Below, piece after piece: positions 8,510 through 18,070 of a DNA stretch of 64,000 nt. This DNA comes from Candidatus Latescibacterota bacterium. Lineage in GTDB: Bacteria > Latescibacterota > UBA2968 > UBA8231. Where the stretch lies: NCBI GenBank assembly GCA_965221775.1, contig CBDCSU010000006.1, positions 2,080,001 through 2,144,000 on the forward strand, in the 5' to 3' direction. Within the stretch, counting starts at the first letter, position 1, and each line of letters begins with the position of its first letter. The notes beneath the pieces were generated by a model. The model was not told the origin of the DNA and made no database searches. It saw only the letters and a list, made by a program, of their open reading frames with translations. The translations under genes and the position numbers were made by a program.

Positions 8510-10054
8510 ATGACCGACACCACGTCCCTCGTCCCCAAGTACACCTTCCCCGGCACCCTCGACGAGCAGGAGGCGGCCCTGGCGGCCAACCCGCTCCTGC
8601 GGCGGCTGAACGAGGCCCGCCGCGCCTACGAAGGCGACCGCCACCGGCCGCTCTACCACTACGTCAACCCCGAGGCGATGCTGAACGACCCCAACGGCCT
8701 GTGCCGCTGGCAGGGGCGCTGGCACCTGTTCTACCAGGCCTACCCGCCCGAGGACACACGCCAGCACTGGGGCCACGCCGTCTCCGACGATCTGGTCCAC
8801 TGGCGCGACCTGCCCTACTGCATCTACCCCGGCCCGGAGGACAAGTGCTTCTCCGGCGCCACCTTCGTCGAGGAGGACCGGGTCATCGCCATGTATCACG
8901 GCACCGAGGCGGGCAACATGGTCGCCGTCTCCAGCGATCCGCTGCTGCTGAACTGGGAGAAGGTCGGGGGGCGCGCGGTGGTCCCCATGACGGCGCCCGA
9001 CGGCTCGCCCCTGCCGTACCGCGTCTTCGACCCCTGCATCTGGAAGAAGGGGGACCACTACTACTCGCTCTCGGCCGGCACGAGGCCCGCGGGCCCGGCG
9101 GGCAAGCCGGTGCGCGCCAACTTCCTGCTGCGCTCGCCCGACCTGGAGCACTGGGAGTACCTCCACCCCTTCGTCGAGGACGACCACTACACCCTGGTCG
9201 GGGACGACGGCGCCTGCCCCTACTTCTGGCCCATCGGCGACCGCCACATGCTGCTGTTCTTCAGCCACATGAGCGGCGGCCAGTACCTCCTCGGCGACTA
9301 CGACACCGAGCGCGACAAGCTCGTCGTCACCCACGGCGGCAAGTTCAACTTCGGCGCCTCCGTGCCCTGCGGCGTACACGCGCCGTCGGCCACCCCGGAC
9401 GGCGAGGGCGGCCTGATCGCGATCTTCAACATGAACCCGGGCAAGCCGACGAAGGGGTGGAACCAGATCATGACCCTGCCCCGCCGCCTGACCGTGGACG
9501 GCGACGACCTCTGCATGGAGCCGGTGGCCGCCGTCGAGTCCCTGCGCCGGGAGGGGGTGCGCCTGGAGGACGTGAGGCTGCCCGCCAACGAGGAGGTCCT
9601 CATCGAGTCGGTGAGCGGCAACGCCGTCGAACTGCGGGCCCTCCTCGACCCGGTGACCGCGCCCATGGTGGAGATGAACGTGCTGCGCTCGCCGGACCGG
9701 GAGGAGCACACGCGCATCGCCTTCTTCCGCGAGCGCGGCTTCAGCGACCGCTTCGGCGGCGGCGGCCGGCAGAGCCTGGTCACCCTGGAGACGTCGTACT
9801 CCTCGCTGGCGGCGGACGTGACCTGCCGCGCCCCGGAGACGGCGCCGGTGTGGGTGGCCCCGGAGGAACCGCTGGAGCTGCGCGTCTTCGTCGACCGCAG
9901 CGTCGTCGAGGTCTTCGTCAACGGCCGACAGTGCGTCGCCGCCCGGGTCTACCCGGAGCGCGAGGACAGCGTCGGCGTCTCCTTCCGCTCCCGGGGCACG
10001 GCCAGCCGCCTGCGCTCCCTCGACGGCTGGCAGATGGCCTCGATCTGGGCTTGA
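8510..10054 (+). CDS. Glycoside hydrolase family 32-like protein (five-bladed propeller + C-terminal beta-sandwich), atypical active site
   Basis: LNDPNG, WHLFYQ, HWGHAVSDDLVHW, CFSG, LPRRL, LRVFVDRSVVEVFVN; RDP appears as FDP and ECP as ACP. Confidence 0.9.
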   Translation: MTDTTSLVPKYTFPGTLDEQEAALAANPLLRRLNEARRAYEGDRHRPLYHYVNPEAMLNDPNGLCRWQGRWHLFYQAYPPEDTRQHWGHAVSDDLVHWRDLPYCIYPGPEDKCFSGATFVEEDRVIAMYHGTEAGNMVAVSSDPLLLNWEKVGGRAVVPMTAPDGSPLPYRVFDPCIWKKGDHYYSLSAGTRPAGPAGKPVRANFLLRSPDLEHWEYLHPFVEDDHYTLVGDDGACPYFWPIGDRHMLLFFSHMSGGQYLLGDYDTERDKLVVTHGGKFNFGASVPCGVHAPSATPDGEGGLIAIFNMNPGKPTKGWNQIMTLPRRLTVDGDDLCMEPVAAVESLRREGVRLEDVRLPANEEVLIESVSGNAVELRALLDPVTAPMVEMNVLRSPDREEHTRIAFFRERGFSDRFGGGGRQSLVTLETSYSSLAADVTCRAPETAPVWVAPEEPLELRVFVDRSVVEVFVNGRQCVAARVYPEREDSVGVSFRSRGTASRLRSLDGWQMASIWA

Positions 10055-10095
10055 TTCATCCCCCTCACCCACTCCCCCAAACCAGGAGATCTACA

Positions 10096-10506
10096 GTGAC
10101 CACCCTCGTCCACGTCGGCGTCCGCGCCTCCGACATCGAGGCCACCATCCGCTTCTGGCGCGACGGCCTCGGCCTGCCCGTCGTCGCCGACCGCGGCAAA
10201 TCCTTCGACCTGAGCGACGGTCACCACAACTTCCGCGTCTTCCAGCACGAGGGCCCCGAGCGTCCCGGGCACGTGAGCGGCATGCTCGACTACCTGCACA
10301 TCGGCGTGCGCGTGCCCGATCTGGAGGCGGCGGCCCAGCGCCTGCTGGGCATGGGCTACGAGATCTTCTCGGACGGCCTCTCCGGCAAGGTGCCCGTGGA
10401 CGTGAACAACATCGAGGACACGGCCTTCAAGGTGGAGGACCCGGACGGCATCACCGTCGACGTCACCTCCAGCGACGAGCAGTGGCCGGGGGTCGGCCTG
10501 CGGTAG
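10096..10506 (+). CDS. VOC/glyoxalase family protein
   Basis: AGGAG RBS, GTG start; HVGVRASDIEATIRFW, HIGVRVPDL, EDPDGITVDV. Confidence 0.88.
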   Translation: MTTLVHVGVRASDIEATIRFWRDGLGLPVVADRGKSFDLSDGHHNFRVFQHEGPERPGHVSGMLDYLHIGVRVPDLEAAAQRLLGMGYEIFSDGLSGKVPVDVNNIEDTAFKVEDPDGITVDVTSSDEQWPGVGLR

Positions 10507-10513
10507 GCGCGCC

Positions 10514-11503
10514 ATGAGGCTCTGCATGATCGGGATCCGCGGGCACAACAACTACGTGCTCTCCGGACTGCCGCTGACCGAGGTGAGCGTCGCCGGCGTG
10601 TGCACGGCCGCCGCCGGGGACGACCCGCAGGGGCTGCTGTCGAAGTGCCGGGACCTGGGGCACGAGCCCGGGGTCTGGGAGCATCCGGCGGAGATGCTCG
10701 ACGCCGTGGAGCCGGACCTCCTCTCCATCGCCGGCCCCTTCCACCGGCACGCCGAGATCAGCGTCGAGGCCTTCCGCCGCGGGATCCACGTCTTCTGCGA
10801 GAAACCGGTGGCCCTCACCCTCGAGGAGCTCGAGGAGGTCGCCGAAGCGCGGCAGGCGGCCGGCGTCCACTTCGCCGCCATGATGGGCCTGCGCTACGAC
10901 CCCGCCTTCCACACGGCCTGGCGCAAGGTCCGGGAAGGCGCCGTGGGCGAGGTCCGCCTCGTCCACGCCCAGAAGTCCTACCGCCTGGGCCGGCGGGCCC
11001 CCTTCTACCACGAGCGGGCGATCTACGGCGGCACCATCCCCTGGGTGGGCAGCCACGCCTTCGACTGGATCCGCTGGTACACCGGCAAGGCCTTCCGCAG
11101 CGTCTACGCCGCGCACTCCGCCGCCCACAACCGGGACCACGGTGAGCTGGAGGTCTCGGCCGCCTGCCACGTCACCCTCGAGGAAGACGTCTTCGCCTCG
11201 GTCGGCATCGACTACCTGCGGCCGGAAGCGGCGCCGAGCCACGGCGACGACCGCGTGCGGATCGCCGGCTCCGAAGGCGTCATTGAGGTGCTCGGCGGGG
11301 AGGTCGTCCTCACCCGCGCCGGGGGCGATGGCGACGAGCGCCTCGCGGCCGAGTGTGACCGGCAGATCTTCCCCGACTTCGTCGCCGCCGCCGCGGGAAA
11401 GCTGCAGCCCCTCCTCGGGCCGGAGGACGCCATCGAGATGACCCAGGCCTGCCTGCTGGCGCGTGAGTCCGCCGACAGCGGCCGGATCGTGAGGTTTCCA
11501 TGA
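10514..11503 (+). CDS. Gfo/Idh/MocA family oxidoreductase
   Basis: HVFCEKPVA, GAVGEVR, GSHAFDWIRW. Confidence 0.92.
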   Translation: MRLCMIGIRGHNNYVLSGLPLTEVSVAGVCTAAAGDDPQGLLSKCRDLGHEPGVWEHPAEMLDAVEPDLLSIAGPFHRHAEISVEAFRRGIHVFCEKPVALTLEELEEVAEARQAAGVHFAAMMGLRYDPAFHTAWRKVREGAVGEVRLVHAQKSYRLGRRAPFYHERAIYGGTIPWVGSHAFDWIRWYTGKAFRSVYAAHSAAHNRDHGELEVSAACHVTLEEDVFASVGIDYLRPEAAPSHGDDRVRIAGSEGVIEVLGGEVVLTRAGGDGDERLAAECDRQIFPDFVAAAAGKLQPLLGPEDAIEMTQACLLARESADSGRIVRFP

Positions 11504-12813
11504 GCCGAGACGAACTGGAACAGCGCTACCGCGAGGCCACGCCGGAGTCGCGCCGTCGCTTCGAGGCCGCCCGCGCCTCGACGGCGGGCGCCGTCAAGGG
11601 GGCCTACTTCCACGCGCCCTGGCCGCTCTCCATGGCCCGGGGCGAGGGCTGCCACCTCGTCGACGTCGACGGCAACCGCTACGTCGACTTCAACAACCAC
11701 CACACGGCCCAGATCCTCGGCCACGGCAACGCCGCCGTGCGCGCCGCCGTGGAGGAGCAGCTCGAGCGCGGGGTGGTGCTCGGCGGGCAGGCCGGCGCCG
11801 AGGTCGAGCTGGCCGACGAGATGTGCCGCCGCGTCGACTCGGTGGAGCGCATCCGTTTCACCAACTCCGGCACCGAGGCCACCCTCCACGCCGTGCGCCT
11901 GCTGCGCGGCGTCAGCGGACGGCCGCGGGTGGCCAAGTTCGAGGGCGGGTACCACGGCAGCCACGACGCCGTGGAGATCAGCGTCGCGCCGCCGCTGGAC
12001 AAGGCCGGTCCCGCCTCGGCGCCGGTGGCCGTGCCCGGCACGGGGGGGATCTCGCCGGGGGCGCTGGCCGAAGCGCTGATCCTGCCCTACGACGACGAGG
12101 CCGCCGTCGAGGCCCTGCTGAAGGCCCACCGCCACGAGGTCGGCTGCGTGCTGCTGGACCCGAAGTTCGGCATCCTGCCCCAGCGGCCGGAGTTCGTCCG
12201 CTTCGTCCGCGAGATCACCCGCGACCTCGACATGCTGCTCATGTTCGACGAGATCGTCGGCTTCCGCATGGGCACCGGCGGCCTGCAGGCCCACTACGGC
12301 ATCGATCCCGACGTGACGACCTTCGGCAAGCTCGTGGGGGGCGGTTTCCCGGTGGGGGCCTTCGGGGGCCGCGCCGACCTGATGGAGCGCTTCGACAACA
12401 CCGGTCCGCCCACCGGGTTCAGCCAGAGCGGCACCTTCAGCGCCCACCCGGTGACCTCGGCCGCGGGCCTGGCCACCTTGAGGCAGCTCACGCCCGAGGC
12501 CTTCGAGCATCTCAACGGTCTGGGCCAGCGGCTGGGGGCGGGGCTGCGGGAGGTCTTCGAGCGCCGCGGCGTGGCGGCCGAGCCCGTGGTCATGGGCTCC
12601 GTCTTCAGCATCCACTTCCTGGAGCCGCCGCTGCGCACCTGGCGCGACATGGCGCGCGCCGATCGAGAGCGCGGGTCCCGCGTCTTCCTCTCCGTGCTCC
12701 TGCAGGGCTACCTGCTCAGCCACTCCATGGGGATGAACGCCATCTCCCTGTCCACGGAGGCCGGCCACGTGGACGGCCTCGTCGAGGCCGTCGACCGGGC
12801 CCTCGCCGCCTGA
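11500..12813 (+). CDS. Class III PLP aminotransferase (glutamate-1-semialdehyde aminomutase-like)
   Basis: DVDGNRYVDF, FTNSGTEAT, GGYHG, FDEIVGFR, TTFGKLVGGG, SGTFSAHP; ATGA overlap with upstream gene. Confidence 0.92.
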   Translation: MSRDELEQRYREATPESRRRFEAARASTAGAVKGAYFHAPWPLSMARGEGCHLVDVDGNRYVDFNNHHTAQILGHGNAAVRAAVEEQLERGVVLGGQAGAEVELADEMCRRVDSVERIRFTNSGTEATLHAVRLLRGVSGRPRVAKFEGGYHGSHDAVEISVAPPLDKAGPASAPVAVPGTGGISPGALAEALILPYDDEAAVEALLKAHRHEVGCVLLDPKFGILPQRPEFVRFVREITRDLDMLLMFDEIVGFRMGTGGLQAHYGIDPDVTTFGKLVGGGFPVGAFGGRADLMERFDNTGPPTGFSQSGTFSAHPVTSAAGLATLRQLTPEAFEHLNGLGQRLGAGLREVFERRGVAAEPVVMGSVFSIHFLEPPLRTWRDMARADRERGSRVFLSVLLQGYLLSHSMGMNAISLSTEAGHVDGLVEAVDRALAA

Positions 12814-12816
12814 GGA

Positions 12817-13392
12817 TCAGCGCGAGATCGAGAACCGGGACATCGACAGCCGCCCGGTGACCTCGCTGGAGAACCCCACGAAGGAGATCCCGTAGCTCTC
12901 CGCCTCGGCCAGCAGCGGCTCGAGGCGCCGGGGCCCGTCCGGCTCGGCTGTCCAGCTGTTGTGCCACAGGCTCTCGTCCGGCGTCAGCCGGAAGCGGTTC
13001 GGCTCCGAGGTCCAGGCGCCGTCGCCGATGCGCAGGGGCGCGCTCGTCAGGTGCCAGCGCGTGCGCGTCACGTGGGCCCAGAAGTAGCAGCGGGCCCCGT
13101 CGAGATTCAGGCCGTCCCCGCGCAGGTACACCGAGACCTCGGCGTCGCGCAGATCGACGGGGTCGGCGTCGACCCAGCCGCGGTAGTGCAGCAGCGGCAG
13201 AATCGAGAGTGGCTTCTCGGGGGTGTCGGCGCTCCAGCAGGTGTGGTCGGTCCACACGAAGCCGCCGTCGTCGACGCCGCCGGTGGGGCTCCAGCTGGCC
13301 AGGATGAAGGCGTTGCGGCCGTTGATGACGCTGGCATGGTAGTCGTAGGAGCACCAGCCCTCGGGCCCGCGGGTGAAGTGGTTGGCGATCAT
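12817..13392 (-). CDS. Hypothetical beta-rich protein
   Basis: GAGGAG RBS before MIANHFTRGPEGWCSYDYH; aromatic-rich; GC3 bias. Confidence 0.72.
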   Translation of the reverse strand: MIANHFTRGPEGWCSYDYHASVINGRNAFILASWSPTGGVDDGGFVWTDHTCWSADTPEKPLSILPLLHYRGWVDADPVDLRDAEVSVYLRGDGLNLDGARCYFWAHVTRTRWHLTSAPLRIGDGAWTSEPNRFRLTPDESLWHNSWTAEPDGPRRLEPLLAEAESYGISFVGFSSEVTGRLSMSRFSISR

Positions 13393-13421
13393 GACGGCTC
13401 CTCGTGGTGGTGTGGGCGGAG

Positions 13422-14396
13422 TCACAGGGGCAGGGGCGTGCCGATGCCCATCTCGACGGCGCGGCGGAAGACCAGGATGGCCGTGGCCATGTCCTCCAGG
13501 GCGATGCCGAGGTTGATGGCGATGGTGCGCTCGTCGTCCCGCTCCCGTCCGGGCTTGAGCCCGGCGACGATCTGGCCGAGGTCGGCCTGCGGCTCCGGCG
13601 TGTTGCGGAAGTAGCCCTGGCGCCGGTAGTAGTCGAACTGCCCGAGGTCGTCGGTGGCCAGCTTGTCGGCCTCGGCGAAGGCGGGTCCCGTCCAGTAGGC
13701 GTCGAAGTCGACGGGGGAGGCGAAGGCGCCGGGGGCCAGCCAGCCGGCCTCGATCACCGGCTCCGGCTCCTCCCGGATCGGCCCGCTGGTGACCACGAGA
13801 TCGGCGCCGGTCACCGCCTGCCGGGGTTCCTCCACGACTTCCACATCGAGCCCCAGCTTCTCCGACATGGCGTCGGCGAACTCCTCGGCCACCTCGCGGT
13901 GGAGGTCGTAGGCGCGGACGGCGCGCAGGTCGAAGAGGCAGGAGAGGGCCTCCAGGTTGCTGCGCCCCTGCACGCCGCAGGCGATGATCCCCGCGGACTC
14001 GCTCTCCGGGCGGGCCAGGTGCCTGGCGGCCACGGCGGTGGCCGCGCCGGTGCGCTGGGCGGTGATCCAGGTGGCGTCCATGATCGCCGTGGGGACGCCG
14101 GTCTCGGGGTCGTTGAGGACCAGCAGGCCGGTGATGTAGGGCAGGCCCCGGGCCTGGTTGCCCGGGTATCCCGAGATCCACTTGACGCCGGCCGCCTCCA
14201 GGCTCGGGATCCAGGCGGGCATGGCGTGGATGAAGGCGTCGGGGCGGGTGTGGATGCCCGGCTTGGGGGGCATCTCGACTCGGCCCTGCCCCTTCTCGAG
14301 GAACATCGACTCCAGGGCCTCGATGATGGCGGGCATCCCCAGGTCGACCTGCTCCACGTCCTTGCGGTTCAGGTAGAGGACGGTATCCGTGGCCAC
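13422..14396 (-). CDS. Ornithine cyclodeaminase / mu-crystallin family protein
   Basis: AGGAG RBS and GTG start; MPPKPGIH, ITAQRTGAA, GIIACGVQG, GIALEDMATA. Confidence 0.92.
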   Translation of the reverse strand: MATDTVLYLNRKDVEQVDLGMPAIIEALESMFLEKGQGRVEMPPKPGIHTRPDAFIHAMPAWIPSLEAAGVKWISGYPGNQARGLPYITGLLVLNDPETGVPTAIMDATWITAQRTGAATAVAARHLARPESESAGIIACGVQGRSNLEALSCLFDLRAVRAYDLHREVAEEFADAMSEKLGLDVEVVEEPRQAVTGADLVVTSGPIREEPEPVIEAGWLAPGAFASPVDFDAYWTGPAFAEADKLATDDLGQFDYYRRQGYFRNTPEPQADLGQIVAGLKPGRERDDERTIAINLGIALEDMATAILVFRRAVEMGIGTPLPL

Positions 14397-14611
14397 TCGC
14401 TGTCTCCTCGCGTCAGGTCCAGTGCTCTTCAAGATAGTCGGTCGCCCGCCGGTCATGTGTGCGGCCCGAGTCCGCCCCGCGCGGGACCGGCCCGACGCCA
14501 GGCGCCGGGCCGAGGGATCCGCGCCGCCTCGCCGTGGTTGACCGCCCTTTTTGCCCGCGCCTACCTTGGCGCCTCCCCTCGCGGTGATCACCCCGTTCAG
14601 GAGTCTCAGCC

Positions 14612-16102
14612 ATGTGGAACGTCGGCACGCGGCGGCAGCTCTTCGTCGACGAGCGCTTCATCGAGCGGTCCGAAGGCGTGCGCCTGCGCATGAACCCCCC
14701 GGTGCAGCACCCCGAGCCGGTGCTGACCGCCGACCGGCCCTGGGAGGCCTTCGGCATCGGCGCCTACAACACGGCCATGCTCGAGGCGGACGGCCGCTTC
14801 CGCCTGTGGTACGACGCCACGGTCCTCGGCGGGGGTCCCGCCGAGGGCGCCCGGCGGCTGGGCTACGCAGAGTCGGCGGACGGTCTGACCTGGACCAAGC
14901 CCGACCTCGGCCTGATCGAGTTCCAGGGCTCGAAGGCCAACAACCTCGTCGCCCCCCTGCGGGAGCGGCAGTCGATGCAGGGGGCCACGGTGCTGCGCGA
15001 CGAGGCCGCCCCCGAGGAGGAGCGCTACAAGCTGTGGACGAAGTACCGGCCCACGGACGACGAGATCGCCGCCGGCGTCGAGCCCGGATTGTGGGCGATG
15101 CACTCGCCGGACGGCCTGCGCTGGCATTACTACGACGACCAGCCCGATCACCAGGGCGCCTGCGACACGCAGAACATGCTGTTCGTCGACGACCGGCTGC
15201 AGTGTTACGTCGGCTACACGCGGGTGAGCGCCACCCAGCACCGGGACGAGGCCGCCGACGCCGTCGGCCAGCCGTACCGCAGCGTCGGCCGCGTCACCTC
15301 CACCGACTTCCGCCACTGGACGCCGCTGCAGATCGTCTTCGAGGCGGACGGCGCCGACACCGGCATGCCCCTGCCGGCGGAGAACGAGTCCGGCCGCCCC
15401 TGCGTCGACGTCTACACCAGCTGCGCCATGAAGTACCCGTGGGCCGAGGACGTGTACCTCATGCTGCCGGCGGTCTACTACCACTGGGGCCGGAAGCAGT
15501 TCCCGGGGACCCTGGACGTGCAGCTGCTCACCAGCCGCGAGGGGATCAGCTGGGGCCGGGCGGGGGACCGGGAGCCCTTCCTGCGCCAGGGCTTCGACGG
15601 CAGCTCCACCAGCGGCATGATCTACGCCAACCCCTGGCTGATCCCGGTGGGCGAGGAGCTGTGGCTCTACTACTCCGGCACCGTCCGCCTGCACCGCAAC
15701 CCCCGGCCCGGCGAGGACCGGGAGGCCCTGGCGCGGCGCAGCGGCATCTTCCGCGCCAGCCTGCGCCGCGACGGCTTCGTCTCCGCCGACGCCGGCTACG
15801 GCGGCGGCACCTTCACCACGCCGCTCCTCACCTTCGGCGGCAACCGCCTGGAGGTGAACTGCGACGGCAGCGCCGGCGGCTGGCTCCAGGCGGAGGTCCT
15901 CGGCGAGGACGGCCGGCCGCTGCCCGGGCTGAGCCTGGCGGAGGCGGATACCGTGCGCGGGAACAGCCTCCACAAGCCGGTGAGCTGGCGCGGCGGGGAC
16001 CTCGCCCGGCACGCGGGCAAGCCGGTGCGCCTGCGCTTCGTCATGCGCGGGATGAAGCTCTACGCCTTCCAGTTCGGGGACGGGGACGGGCACGGGGGCT
16101 GA
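14612..16102 (+). CDS. Putative five-bladed beta-propeller glycosidase-like protein
   Basis: RQLFVD, YAESADGLTWTKP, SPDGLRW, SREGISW repeats, ELWLYYSG, LRRDGFVS, VRLRFVM..KLYAFQF. Confidence 0.7.
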   Translation: MWNVGTRRQLFVDERFIERSEGVRLRMNPPVQHPEPVLTADRPWEAFGIGAYNTAMLEADGRFRLWYDATVLGGGPAEGARRLGYAESADGLTWTKPDLGLIEFQGSKANNLVAPLRERQSMQGATVLRDEAAPEEERYKLWTKYRPTDDEIAAGVEPGLWAMHSPDGLRWHYYDDQPDHQGACDTQNMLFVDDRLQCYVGYTRVSATQHRDEAADAVGQPYRSVGRVTSTDFRHWTPLQIVFEADGADTGMPLPAENESGRPCVDVYTSCAMKYPWAEDVYLMLPAVYYHWGRKQFPGTLDVQLLTSREGISWGRAGDREPFLRQGFDGSSTSGMIYANPWLIPVGEELWLYYSGTVRLHRNPRPGEDREALARRSGIFRASLRRDGFVSADAGYGGGTFTTPLLTFGGNRLEVNCDGSAGGWLQAEVLGEDGRPLPGLSLAEADTVRGNSLHKPVSWRGGDLARHAGKPVRLRFVMRGMKLYAFQFGDGDGHGG

Positions 16103-16227
16103 GCCCGCACGCGTCTTCTGGAGGTCCCGACTCGGCCGCGGCGGACTCCGGCAGTCGCCGGCGGAGTCGAGCACGGGCTCCCCCGACGCAACCCCCCGCC
16201 CGGACCGCCTCGCCTTCACCCGCCCGC

Positions 16228-17769
16228 TCAGGCGCCGCCGCGCGGCAGCACCTCCGGCCACGGATGCCCGGCGGGGTCGAGGACCCGGCTGGGGGCGAAG
16301 TAGGCCTCCGGGTAGTCGTCGGGCCCCTCCAGCCCCAGGATCCGCTGCACCACGTGACGGCCGCCGTTGAAGGAGACGGCCGAGCCGGAGCCGCACATGC
16401 CGCCGATGATCCACTGGCCGCGGCCGTCGAGGCGCCCCACCACCGGGTACTCGTCCACCGTGAAGCCGGGGGTGCCGCTCCACTCGTGGGTCACGTGGAC
16501 GGGCTCCCGGCCGGCGAAGTAGCGCCTCAACTCGGCCAGGCAGTACTTGGTGATGAACCGGGACGGCGCGTTGCGCCCGGCGTGCCGGGCCGGGACCCGG
16601 GTGGCGTCGGAACCGACCATCACGCCGGCGCCCTGGGCGGGGAACTCGTGGCGGCCGAAGAAGGCCGCCTTGCCGCTCAGGCCGAGGTAAGGCTTCATGC
16701 TCCCGGGGCCGCCGCGGCCGAAGGCGGCCTGGGTCTGCACCGGGTGGATGAGCTCTCCGTAGCGGCGGTGCAGAAGCGCCGTGTACGACTCGGTGGCGTT
16801 GATCACCCGGCGGGCGCGGATCTCGCCGCGCCGGGTGCGCACCCGGTATCCCCCGTCCTCGTCGTCGTCCACGGCGGTGACGCGGGTGCGGGTGAACAGC
16901 TCGACGCGCTCGTCGGCCAGGGCGCGCTCCAGCAGGCACCAGACCCAGCGCGCCGGATGGAAGCTGGCCGCCGCCCGCGAGAATCCCGCCGGCTCGTCGA
17001 CCTGCATGCCGCCGAGGCTGTGGACCTCCTCCGGGGTCAGTTGCTGCCAGTCGTGCAGGCCCTGGGCGGCCCCGGCCTCGACGCTGGCCCGCAGGGCGTC
17101 CTGGTCGGCCGCGTCCCGGGCCTGGATCCAGCCCTGGCGGTGGTAGTCGCAGTCGAAGCCCTCGTCGCGGATCGTGGCCTCGATCAGGTCGGCGTTGCGG
17201 TAGGCGCTGCGGGCGTAGACGGCGGCGAACTGCTCCGCTAGGCGGGCGCGGTCGTCCTCGCCGAGATCGGCCCGCACCCGGTCGAGGTAGGGGCGCACGG
17301 TGTCGCGGACCATGGCGAAGTAGCGGCCCATGACCACCAGGCCCTCGTTGCGGCCGCTGGCCCCGGAGGCCGGGTCGTCCATCTCCAGAACGGCGAGCCG
17401 CCCGCCGGAGGGCGCCCGGGCCCAGTGGTAGGCGCAAGCGGCGCCCGTGAACCCGGCGCCGATGACCACGGCATCGACGGAGTCGGGCAGGGCCGCCTCC
17501 GGGCGGTCCCGCCAGGGGACGCCGGCCAGGGGGTTTCCCGCCGCCAGCCAGATCGGCGTGCGGTCCACGCTCCGGGCGAAGGTGACGCCGGCCAGGCCCT
17601 CGGGGATGCGGCGGAAGACCTGGGCCAGGGTCCAGCCGGCGAACCGGAGGAGGCGCCCCGGGGCGGAGTGCTCCGGCCACTGCAGGCGCATGTAGCTCCG
17701 AGCGGCCCTCAGGTCGTGGGCGCGCAGGCCGAGGAGGAGGGACAGGGCGCGGTGGATGCGGCAGAGCAT
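16228..17769 (-). CDS. FAD-dependent oxidoreductase (DAO / glycine-oxidase family)
   Basis: DAVVIGAGFTG, GASGRNEG, VINATESY, WSGTPGFTVDEYPVVG, GMCGSG; start uncertain. Confidence 0.88.
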   Translation of the reverse strand: MLCRIHRALSLLLGLRAHDLRAARSYMRLQWPEHSAPGRLLRFAGWTLAQVFRRIPEGLAGVTFARSVDRTPIWLAAGNPLAGVPWRDRPEAALPDSVDAVVIGAGFTGAACAYHWARAPSGGRLAVLEMDDPASGASGRNEGLVVMGRYFAMVRDTVRPYLDRVRADLGEDDRARLAEQFAAVYARSAYRNADLIEATIRDEGFDCDYHRQGWIQARDAADQDALRASVEAGAAQGLHDWQQLTPEEVHSLGGMQVDEPAGFSRAAASFHPARWVWCLLERALADERVELFTRTRVTAVDDDEDGGYRVRTRRGEIRARRVINATESYTALLHRRYGELIHPVQTQAAFGRGGPGSMKPYLGLSGKAAFFGRHEFPAQGAGVMVGSDATRVPARHAGRNAPSRFITKYCLAELRRYFAGREPVHVTHEWSGTPGFTVDEYPVVGRLDGRGQWIIGGMCGSGSAVSFNGGRHVVQRILGLEGPDDYPEAYFAPSRVLDPAGHPWPEVLPRGGA

Positions 17770-18070
17770 GGCTGGAAGCTATGGTATCGGCAGGGTGAGA
17801 TCGACCGGCAGCCGGCGCAGCGTCGTCTGGCTGGCGGGTCCCGGAGCCCGTACCTTGGGCCATGCCAACCCCCTTCTCTCCCATGCGCTTACGACAAGAC
17901 CGCGCGTCCGGCCCGGAGTCTTTTTCCCCTCTCGTGACCCGGCGGGCACGACTTCGGCCAATCCCCGCCGCGGCTGGCGCTGCCCCCACCGGCCGCCGCC
18001 GGTCCGGCCGGCCTCCCGACGGGGCGCCCGCGCCCGGGACAGGCTCCCGCTCTCCGGAACCCGTCTCCCC

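Noticed and set aside
11500-12813. Calling this gene hemL
   Set aside because: The family is clear, but the catabolic context and divergence suggest a paralog rather than the tetrapyrrole enzyme.
16101-16190. GC-rich stem-loop between convergent genes as a terminator or REP element
   Set aside because: Imperfect pairing, no U-tract, and no second copy seen in the window.
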